The notes under the pieces were generated by a model. The model worked only from the letters and a program-made list of their open reading frames with translations. It searched no databases and was not told the DNA's origin. This document shows positions 56,901-64,000 of a stretch of DNA of 64,000 nt, piece by piece. The first letter of the stretch is position 1; each line of letters opens with the position of its first letter. The translations under genes were made by a program, and so were the position numbers. Source of the DNA: Aggregatilineales bacterium (GTDB lineage Bacteria > Chloroflexota > Anaerolineae > Aggregatilineales > Phototrophicaceae); NCBI GenBank assembly GCA_963668265.1, contig OY764157.1, forward strand, positions 2,568,528 through 2,632,527. The letters run 5' to 3'.

Positions 56901-57288
56901 TGGAAGCGCCGGGGACCTGCCCCCCGGGTCCGCTGGTTTCGAATCTCGCGCCTCTACAAGCTTAGCCCTCTGGAAAGTTTCGCGCAGAGCAACCCCAGCG
57001 GGCGCGGCTCGCCTTGCGCTAGCCGATAGGTCTTAACGCCGCGGCATCGGCGTCAGCGGCGGGCGCCCTGGCTTTTTATGACGCTCGTTGCGGCTCGCGC
57101 AGGGAAACGAGGTCGCAGGAACGGCAGAGGGTCTTAGGCCTCTGCTCCCTCACTCAGGTGGACTAAGCCACCATCGCGAGGGGTTGGAATTTGGGTTTTG
57201 CACCTATGTGCGTTGCCAGTTTAGCGTGTCGTGGCGCCACGGCTTGCAGCGCGGCTTCAGCCACCAACGTCGAATCTAGTTCGCCCCC
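56901..57288 (-). ncRNA. ssrA: tmRNA (transfer-messenger RNA)
   Basis: Minus-strand 5' end GGGGGCGAACTAGATTCGACG resembles the E. coli GGGGCUGAUUCUGGAUUCGACG. The 3' part ...CTAAGCTTGTAG...GGAC CCGGGG GGCAGGT CCCCGG CGCTTCC A pairs with the 5' end and gives G3-U70. The internal frame GCA AAA CCC AAA TTC CAA CCC CTC GCG ATG GTG GCT TAG is preceded by AUAGGU. Confidence 0.85.
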
Positions 57289-57486
57289 ATGATGACTGAC
57301 GCAATGAACCGACCCAAAACGGCTCATTCCTTCGCTTGTCAACAGTGTATCATCTTTGCCCTGTCATGTAAAGCGTTTTCCTGGAATCGGCTGTCGCCCG
57401 GCCCCCTGCGCGAGTCGTCCTAACATATCCGCTGGAATGCGATATGATTAACGCATAGCGTGGAAGCGGCGGGAGAGGCTTGTTCG

Positions 57487-58479
57487 GTGGATGTACTGAT
57501 CGTTGGCGCTGGCATGTCCGGCTTGATGGCGGCGCGGGTTCTGCGTGAACGCGGCCTGAACGCGCGCTTGATCGACCGCGGGCGCAGCGTCGGCGGCAGG
57601 CTGGCCACCCGAAGAGTCGGCGACGGCGGCATGGCCGATCATGGCGCGCAATTCTTCACCGTGCGCAGCTCCACTTTGCGCGATTATGTCGGGCGCTGGC
57701 TGGCGGACGAGCGAATCGCCATTTGGGGCATGGGCTGGTCCGACGGCAGCACCAAGCGCACCGCCGGCGACGGCCACCCGCGTTACATCACTCGCGGCGG
57801 CATGAACCAGCTGGCGAAGCGCTTGGCGCGCGACCTCGACATCGTCGTCGACCGTCTGATCGTCTCGGTTCAGCAGACGGACCAGGGCTGGGCGCTGCAA
57901 GACAGCGACGGCGCCGCCTACTCGGCCAGGGGATTGATTATGACCCCGCCCATGCCAGAGACCCTCGAGCTGCTGACCCGAAGCCGCGTCTACCTCGAGG
58001 ACAGCGATTTCGCCCAGCTGCGGCGGATCCGCTTCGGACCCTGCCTCTGCGGCATTCACGAAATCGAGGGCGAAACCGATCTGCCGGCGCCGGGCGCGCT
58101 GCAGGATTTCCAGAGCGATGTGTACTGGGTGGCGGACAACCGCGCCAAGGGCATCTCGCGAACCACCGTCGTCACCAGCCACGCCAACGCCAAGTTCAGC
58201 CGGCAGAATTGGGACGCCTCCGAAGCAGATATCGTGCGCGAGCTGGAATCGGCCGTGAAGCCGCATTTGCGCGCTGGCGCGATCATCCGGCGCACCCAGC
58301 TCAAGAAGTGGCGCTACTCGGTGCCCTTGACGACGCACCCGCAAGAATTTCTGCTGGCGGCTGGCTTGCAGCCGCTGGTCTTCGCCGGCGACGCCTTTGG
58401 CGGGCGGGGTCGCGTTGAAGGCGCGTTCCTGTCCGGGCTGGCGGCGGGCGCGGCCATGGCGGACGCGCTCGAGCGATGA
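57487..58479 (+). CDS. NAD(P)/FAD-dependent oxidoreductase (amine-oxidase/renalase-like)
   Basis: Dinucleotide fold VDVLIVGAGMSGLMAARVL...DRGRSVGGR. GTG 57487 follows GGGAGAGG. The longest ORF starts at GTG 57460. Confidence 0.8.
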   Translation: MDVLIVGAGMSGLMAARVLRERGLNARLIDRGRSVGGRLATRRVGDGGMADHGAQFFTVRSSTLRDYVGRWLADERIAIWGMGWSDGSTKRTAGDGHPRYITRGGMNQLAKRLARDLDIVVDRLIVSVQQTDQGWALQDSDGAAYSARGLIMTPPMPETLELLTRSRVYLEDSDFAQLRRIRFGPCLCGIHEIEGETDLPAPGALQDFQSDVYWVADNRAKGISRTTVVTSHANAKFSRQNWDASEADIVRELESAVKPHLRAGAIIRRTQLKKWRYSVPLTTHPQEFLLAAGLQPLVFAGDAFGGRGRVEGAFLSGLAAGAAMADALER

Positions 58480-59234
58480 GGCTGACGCGGCGCAAGCGAC
58501 TCCTGCTCGTCCGGCTCATCGCGCTGGCGCTGGCGATTGTCTTGGGCCTCCTGCTGTATTTTGGCCAGCCGGTCGGCGAACTGCTGCCAGAGGCTCGCGC
58601 CGCGCTGGAATCGGATGCCCGCGTTCAGGTCGAGCGAGGACCGTCGCTTGTCTTCAGGCCGGTCCAGGCCGAGCCAGCAACGGGACTGATCTTCTACCCG
58701 GGTGGCCGCGTTTCGCCTGAAGCCTATGCGCCACTAGGCCGGGCGGTCGCCGAAGCGAGCCATCTCGCCGTGATACCGGCCATGCCGCTGAATCTCGCCG
58801 TGCTGAATCCGAACGCGGCCGGCGGCCTCATGGAGGCGCATCCGCAAGTCAAGACCTGGGTGATCGGCGGGCACTCCCTCGGCGGAGTCGCGGCGGCGCG
58901 TTACGCCCATGACAATCCCGAGCGGGTCGACGGGCTGCTGCTGATAGCGGCTTACCCCGAAGCGGGCGTCGATCTGAGCGGGCGTGGGCTGCCAGTCGCG
59001 ATCATCTACGCCGAACTGGACGGCCTGTCGACCGTGGCCGAAGTGGAAGCGTCCTTCGCCAGCTTGCCGGCCGACTCTGCCAAACGCAAAATCGCCGGTG
59101 GCAACCACGCGCAGTTTGGCTGGTACGGTCCCCAGTCCGGCGACAACCCGGCGCGGATCGGCCGCGATGAACAGGCCCGGCAAACCCTGGACGCGGTTTT
59201 GGAGCTGCTGCTTGAGGCTGGAAACGGAATCTAA
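58476..59234 (+). CDS. alpha/beta hydrolase
   Basis: N-terminal TM, nucleophile elbow GGHSLGG, C-terminal GGNHAQF. ATGA overlap with the upstream gene. Confidence 0.75.
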   Translation: MRLTRRKRLLLVRLIALALAIVLGLLLYFGQPVGELLPEARAALESDARVQVERGPSLVFRPVQAEPATGLIFYPGGRVSPEAYAPLGRAVAEASHLAVIPAMPLNLAVLNPNAAGGLMEAHPQVKTWVIGGHSLGGVAAARYAHDNPERVDGLLLIAAYPEAGVDLSGRGLPVAIIYAELDGLSTVAEVEASFASLPADSAKRKIAGGNHAQFGWYGPQSGDNPARIGRDEQARQTLDAVLELLLEAGNGI

Positions 59235-59295
59235 TCCGTGTTAGATTGTTGACGCGCAACCGCTATTTCTGGCGCTGGCGAGGGAGAAACGGCTG

Positions 59296-60459
59296 ATGGA
59301 CGCGATGGCTGGTCCTCAATTCAATCTGAGCGAAGAACAAGAGATGCTCGTGCGGATGAGCCGCGATTTTGTCGCTGACAACATCATCCCCGTCGCGGCC
59401 GAATACGACGAGAACGCGACATTCCCGCGAGAAATCTTCCACAAGGCGCGCGAGCTGGGCATCGTGAACATGCTCGTCCCGGAAGAATATGGCGGGGTCG
59501 GCGCGACCGCCTTTGAGGAGTGCCTGGTCTCGGAGGAGCTCGGCTATGGCTGCACCGGCATCGGCTCCAGCCTGGGCGTCAATTCCCTGGCGATGCTGCC
59601 TATCCTGGTGGCGGGCAGCGAGGCGCAGAAAGCGCATTGGCTGGGCGAGCGCGGGATCGACCAAGGGCAGTTTTGCGCCTATGGGGTTACGGAAGCCAAC
59701 GCCGGCTCCAATGTGGCCGGCATCGAGACCCGGGCTGAGAAACGCGGCGGCGCCTACATCATCAACGGTAGCAAGACCTTCATCACCAACGCCAGCCACG
59801 CGCACTTTTACGCCATCTTCGCCAAGACCGACCCCGGCGCGGGCCATCGCGGCATGACCTGCTTCCTCGTCGATCGCGAATCGCCCGGCTTGAGCGTCGG
59901 CAAGAAATTCGACAAGCTGGGGCAGCGCGCCTCCGACACCGCCGAGATCGTCTTCGAGAATGTGGAAGTGCCGGCGGAAAATATGGTGGGCGCAGAGGGT
60001 CAGGGTTTCTATATCGCGATGCAGGTCTTCGACAAGAGTCGGCCCGGCGTGGCCGCTTCGGCTTGCGGCTTGCAGCGGCGCGCCCTGGATGAAAGCGTCA
60101 AGTACGCCGGCGAGCGTGAAGCCTTCGGCCTGCCGATCTACCAGCACCAGGCGGTGGGGCACAAGATCGCCGATATGGCCATCAATTATGAGGCGTCGCG
60201 CTTGTTGACCTGGCAGGCGGCCTGGCAGGTGGACGCCGGCCGCGTCAACCCGAGCGCGCCAGCCTGCGCCAAAGCCTTCGCGGCCGACATGGCGACCAAG
60301 GCGGCCGTCGACGCGGTGCAGGTCTTCGGCGGGTACGGCTATATGAAAGAGTACCCGGTCGAAAAGCTGCTGCGCGATGTGAAGATCTTCCAGATCTACG
60401 AGGGCACCAGCGAAATCCAGCGCAACATCATCGTCCGTGAGCTCTTCCGCGGGCGCTAA
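59296..60459 (+). CDS. acyl-CoA dehydrogenase
   Basis: GVTEANAGSN, FITNA, QVFGGYGYMKEYPVEKLLRDVKIFQIYEGTSEIQR. Confidence 0.92.
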   Translation: MDAMAGPQFNLSEEQEMLVRMSRDFVADNIIPVAAEYDENATFPREIFHKARELGIVNMLVPEEYGGVGATAFEECLVSEELGYGCTGIGSSLGVNSLAMLPILVAGSEAQKAHWLGERGIDQGQFCAYGVTEANAGSNVAGIETRAEKRGGAYIINGSKTFITNASHAHFYAIFAKTDPGAGHRGMTCFLVDRESPGLSVGKKFDKLGQRASDTAEIVFENVEVPAENMVGAEGQGFYIAMQVFDKSRPGVAASACGLQRRALDESVKYAGEREAFGLPIYQHQAVGHKIADMAINYEASRLLTWQAAWQVDAGRVNPSAPACAKAFAADMATKAAVDAVQVFGGYGYMKEYPVEKLLRDVKIFQIYEGTSEIQRNIIVRELFRGR

Positions 60460-60492
60460 CGGGCAATCGACTTTTCCCTTTCAAGTTTCGTC

Positions 60493-60521
60493 TTGACAGG
60501 GCGCGAACCAGCCTCTACCAT
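60493..60521 (+). promoter_or_regulatory. candidate str-operon promoter (TTGACA-N17-TACCAT)
   Basis: Perfect -35 hexamer with 17-nt spacing to TACCAT. About 185 nt upstream of rpsL. Confidence 0.5.
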
Positions 60522-60572
60522 GCGCCCTTGCACTCGCAGTCAGCAACCTCCATGCCCGGAGGCGCTGCGGGC

Positions 60573-60638
60573 TGAATTGAAGGGATATGGCGAAAGTGCA
60601 GCGCTGCCGCGAGGCGTCTCGCCATGAGTGAATTGAAG
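60573..60638 (+). repeat. direct 10-nt repeat TGAATTGAAG (x2) in the rpsL leader
   Basis: Identical 10-mers at 60573-60582 and 60629-60638. The second is followed by the hairpin GGCGTA-CGAG-TACGCC. Confidence 0.6.
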
Positions 60639-60708
60639 ACGGGCGTACGAGTACGCCTCTTTGCGTGTCCAAAAGAAGGCCGCGCATGCGAGAAAAACGG
60701 AGTCTCTT

Positions 60709-61125
60709 ATGCCGACGATTAATCAACTGGTGCGCAAAGGGCGCAAGAGCAAAGGCAAGAAGAACAAAGCGCCCGCCCTGCAATATACCTTTAACGCCTT
60801 GAAACAGCGGCGCGCGCGGCAGTTCAAAGGCGCGCCACAAAAACGCGGCGTCTGCACTCAGGTGCGGACGATGACGCCAAAGAAGCCCAATTCCGCCCTG
60901 CGCAAAGTCGCCCGCGTCCGCCTGACCAACGGCATTGAAGTGACAGCCTACATCGGCGGCGAAGGACACAACTTGCAGGAGCACAGCGTCGTGCTCGTCC
61001 GCGGCGGGCGCGTCAAAGATTTGCCCGGCGTCCGCTACCATATCGTGCGCGGCACCCTGGACACGACGGGCGTCGACGGCCGCGAGCAGGGACGCAGCAA
61101 ATACGGGACGAAGCGTCGCAAATAG
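60709..61125 (+). CDS. rpsL: 30S ribosomal protein S12
   Basis: [12 protein letters not shown]..., [34 protein letters not shown] 60709 lies within the longer ORF-track frame. Confidence 0.95.
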   Translation: MPTINQLVRKGRKSKGKKNKAPALQYTFNALKQRRARQFKGAPQKRGVCTQVRTMTPKKPNSALRKVARVRLTNGIEVTAYIGGEGHNLQEHSVVLVRGGRVKDLPGVRYHIVRGTLDTTGVDGREQGRSKYGTKRRK

Positions 61126-61140
61126 TTGAGGAGCCTGAGC

Positions 61141-61608
61141 ATGCCGAGAAGAAACCGACCGCCCCGGCGCGTCCCCCCGCCAGATGTGAAGTATGGCAAC
61201 CTGCATGTGGCGATGTTCATCAACCGCATGATGCATGGCGGCAAGAAAAGCGTCGCCACCCGGATCATGTACGAAGCCCTGGAGAGCATGGGCGAGCGCG
61301 CCCGCAAGGACCCGGTCGAGGTCTTCGAAATGGCGATCCGCAATGTCGCGCCGGCGGTCGAGGTCAAGCCCAAGCGCGTCGGCGGCTCCACTTACCAGGT
61401 GCCAATTGATGTCTCGCATGAGCGCGGCATCACCCTGGCGATGCGCTGGCTGATCCAGTTCGCCCGTGACCGCAATGGCCGCAGCATGGCGGAAAAACTG
61501 ACCAACGAGCTGCTCGACGCCTACAACGGACAGGGCAGCGCCATCCGCCGCAAAGACGAAACGCATCGCATGGCGGAGGCCAACCGCGCCTTCGCCCACT
61601 TCCGCTAG
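61141..61608 (+). CDS. rpsG: 30S ribosomal protein S7
   Basis: MPRRNRPPRR..., MHGGKKSVATRI, VEVKPKRVGGSTYQVP. Confidence 0.95.
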   Translation: MPRRNRPPRRVPPPDVKYGNLHVAMFINRMMHGGKKSVATRIMYEALESMGERARKDPVEVFEMAIRNVAPAVEVKPKRVGGSTYQVPIDVSHERGITLAMRWLIQFARDRNGRSMAEKLTNELLDAYNGQGSAIRRKDETHRMAEANRAFAHFR

Positions 61609-61660
61609 ACGATAGAGCGCTCGCCCGCATGACGGGCCTGGGAGCGAACGGGAAACGACC

Positions 61661-63754
61661 GTGCTGAATACTGGACTCGACCTGAACAAAGTGCGCAACA
61701 TCGGCATCATTGCGCACATCGACGCCGGCAAGACGACCGTCACCGAGCGCGTCCTGTATTACACCGGCATGGTCCATCGCATCGGCGAGACGCACGAAGG
61801 CTCCGCCACCACCGATTATATGGCGCAAGAGCGCGAGCGCGGCATCACCATCACTTCAGCGGCGGTGACCGCCAGCTGGAATGATTGCCAGATCAACATC
61901 ATCGATACGCCCGGCCATGTCGACTTCACCGCCGAGGTGCAGCGCAGCCTGCGCGTGCTTGACGGCGGAATCACCGTCTTTGACAGCGTCGCCGGGGTAG
62001 AGCCGCAATCGGAAACGGTCTGGCGGCAGGCCTCGGAATACAATGTGCCGCGCATGTGCTTCGTCAACAAGATGGACCGCACCGGCGCGGACTTTGACCG
62101 CTGCGTCGAGATGATGGTCGACCGCCTCAAAGCCAACCCGGTCGTCATTCAGGCCCCCTACGGCAGTGGCGAGCGCTTTGAAGGCATCATCGACCTGCTC
62201 AAGATGGAGCTCATCACCTACGGCAACGACGAAGGCACGGACATCAATTATCACGCCATTCCGGAGAGTCACCGCGAAATGGCGGAGACGCGCCGCGAAG
62301 AGATGATCGAGAAGATCGTCGAGCAAGACGAATACTTGACAATGAAGTTCCTGGAAGAAGAAGAGATCAGCGACGCGGAAATCCTGGCAGCCTTGCGCGC
62401 GGGCACGATCGCCGGCGTCCTCCACCCGGTCTTGTGCGGCGCCGCGCTGCGAAACATGGGCGTCCAGGCTCTGCTGAACATGGTGGTGGAGCTGCTGCCG
62501 TCGCCGCTGGATATCCCGCCGGTCAAGGGCGAGCACCCCAAAGACGGCCGGGAGCTGCTGCGCAAAGCGGACGACGACGAGCCGCTGTCAGCCTTGGTCT
62601 TCAAGATCGTGTCCGATCAGTACGGCCGCCTGGCTTTCACCCGCGTGTACTCCGGCGTCTTGAAAGCGGGCACGATGGTCGTCAATTCCGTGAATGGCAA
62701 GCGCGAGCGCGTCGGGCGCATCGTGCGCATGTTCGCCGACCGGCGCGAAGATGTCAAAGAAGTGCAGGCCGGCGATATCGCCGCCGTCATCGGCATGAAA
62801 GAGACTTTCACCGGCGATACGCTCAGCGCGCCCAACAGCCCGATCCTGCTGGAAAACATCAGCTTCCCGGCCCCCGTCGTCGAGGTGGCCATCGAGCCCA
62901 ACACCAAAGCCGATCAAGACAAAATGGGCTTGGGCTTGCGGCGGCTGGCGGAAGAAGACCCGACCTTCCAGATCGAAGTCGACGACCAGCTCGGGCAGAC
63001 CAAGATCAAAGGCATGGGCGAGCTGCACCTGGAAGTGCTGGTCGACCGGCTCATGCGCGAATACGGCGTGGACGCCCGAGTCGGCCGGCCCCGCGTCGCC
63101 TACCGCGAGACGATCACGCGCATGGTGGAAATCGACACCACATTCAAGCGGCAGACCGGCGGCGCGGGTCAATATGCCCGCTGCACGCTGCGCTTCGAGC
63201 CCCTGCCCAAAGCCGAGAAAGACGAGGCCGACGGCGAGCTGCTCTTCGACAACGCGATACGCGGCGGCTCCATCCCCAGAGAATTTGTCCCGGCCGTCCG
63301 CAAAGGCGTCGCCCAGGCGATGCAAGGCGGCGTCATCGCCGGCTACCCCGTCGTGGGCATCAAGGCGAGCCTGATCGACGGCGCTTATCACGAGGTCGAT
63401 TCCAGCGAGATCGCGTTCACCATCGCCGGCTCGATGTGCCTGAAAGAGGGCATCCAGAAGGGCGGACCAGTGATTTTGGAGCCCTCCATGAGCGTGGAAG
63501 TCGTTGTCGCGGACGCCTACACCGGCGCGGTGGTCGGCGACATTTCGTCCAGGCGCGGCGTCATCCAGGGCATGGAGCGGCACAGCGAGGGCATCTCCGT
63601 AATCAAGGCGCGGGTGCCGCTGGGCGAGATGTTTGGCTATGCCAACGACCTGCGCAACAACACCCAGGGGCGCGGCAACTTCAGCATGGAGTTCGACCAA
63701 TACACAGTGGCGCCAGAAGAGATCGCCGAGGCGGTGAAGTCCGGCGCTCGTTAA
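61661..63754 (+). CDS. fusA: elongation factor G
   Basis: GTG start. [28 protein letters not shown]. Confidence 0.95.
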   Translation: MLNTGLDLNKVRNIGIIAHIDAGKTTVTERVLYYTGMVHRIGETHEGSATTDYMAQERERGITITSAAVTASWNDCQINIIDTPGHVDFTAEVQRSLRVLDGGITVFDSVAGVEPQSETVWRQASEYNVPRMCFVNKMDRTGADFDRCVEMMVDRLKANPVVIQAPYGSGERFEGIIDLLKMELITYGNDEGTDINYHAIPESHREMAETRREEMIEKIVEQDEYLTMKFLEEEEISDAEILAALRAGTIAGVLHPVLCGAALRNMGVQALLNMVVELLPSPLDIPPVKGEHPKDGRELLRKADDDEPLSALVFKIVSDQYGRLAFTRVYSGVLKAGTMVVNSVNGKRERVGRIVRMFADRREDVKEVQAGDIAAVIGMKETFTGDTLSAPNSPILLENISFPAPVVEVAIEPNTKADQDKMGLGLRRLAEEDPTFQIEVDDQLGQTKIKGMGELHLEVLVDRLMREYGVDARVGRPRVAYRETITRMVEIDTTFKRQTGGAGQYARCTLRFEPLPKAEKDEADGELLFDNAIRGGSIPREFVPAVRKGVAQAMQGGVIAGYPVVGIKASLIDGAYHEVDSSEIAFTIAGSMCLKEGIQKGGPVILEPSMSVEVVVADAYTGAVVGDISSRRGVIQGMERHSEGISVIKARVPLGEMFGYANDLRNNTQGRGNFSMEFDQYTVAPEEIAEAVKSGAR

Positions 63755-63833
63755 GCGCGCCAGAGATTCTGATTTTTGCGATTCGTTCGTTCAATCGTAT
63801 TCAAATCGTGGAGTTCACAAGAGGGATTTACAG

Positions 63834-64000
63834 ATGTCAAAAGGGAAATTCGAGCGCAGCAAACCGCATGTAAATATCGGGACCATCGGTCATGTCGACC
63901 ATGGGAAGACGACCTTGACGGCGGCGATTACCAAAGTGCTGGCGCTCAAGGGGCAAGCGCAGGAACGCGAATATGGCGACATTGACAACGCGCCGGAAGA
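63834..64000 (+). CDS. tuf: elongation factor Tu, 5' fragment truncated by the window edge
   Basis: Not in the ORF track because it has no stop in the window. GAGGGA 7 nt before the ATG. Own translation: [56 protein letters not shown]. Confidence 0.9.
   Translation, partial: MSKGKFERSKPHVNIGTIGHVDHGKTTLTAAITKVLALKGQAQEREYGDIDNAPE

Noticed and set aside
56925-56950. Plus-strand GGTTTCGAATC, resembling a tRNA T-loop
   Set aside because: No complementary T-stem or acceptor stem can be drawn on the plus strand. The segment is explained as part of the tmRNA on the minus strand (GAGAUUCGAAACC near its 3' domain).
1-64000. Search by eye for CRISPR arrays, IS elements or transposases, integrases, prophage genes, rRNA and tRNA genes
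   Set aside because: I found none. There are no regularly spaced repeats and no DDE or tyrosine/serine recombinase-like ORFs. The tmRNA at 56.9 kb has no adjacent integrase or island.

Overview
High-GC bacterial chromosome segment, judged by eye at about 60-70% in most genes, and made up almost entirely of tightly packed core genes. The gene order suggests a deep-branching lineage such as Chloroflexota, but that is inference only. The supporting features are a fused glyQS followed by dnaG and rpoD, pth near mfd, a 14-gene nuoA-N operon, the str operon, and many lineage-specific insertions in conserved proteins.

Gene content from left to right:
- A GldA / GldF-GldG / DUF4340-type ABC system, then glyQS, dnaG, rpoD and nfi.
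- A minus-strand trio: a GT4 glycosyltransferase, a membrane protein and a degenerate M19 dipeptidase-like protein.
- An ABC-F ATPase and a methyltransferase.
- A stand-alone, very long rpoB (1587 aa) with its own terminator and no rpoC, followed by an SGNH hydrolase.
- An orphan three-gene minus-strand operon (a HARE-HTH protein plus two unknowns) with locally lower GC and an AT-rich control region.
- nuoABCDEF, a small TPR ORF, then nuoGHIJKLMN, with large insertions in NuoJ, NuoL and NuoH.
- A PhyH oxygenase, a YbaK-like deacylase, mfd, a serine hydrolase, a pth-TPR fusion, a nitrilase-family hydrolase, an ABC exporter and two hypothetical proteins.
- A tmRNA (ssrA) on the minus strand, which is absent from the ORF track.
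- An FAD oxidoreductase, an alpha/beta hydrolase, an acyl-CoA dehydrogenase, and rpsL-rpsG-fusA with a tuf gene truncated at the window edge.

I saw no rRNA, tRNA, CRISPR array, transposase or integrase. The best candidate for something undescribed is the HARE-HTH three-gene cassette at 24357-27217. Its function cannot be assigned from the sequence alone.
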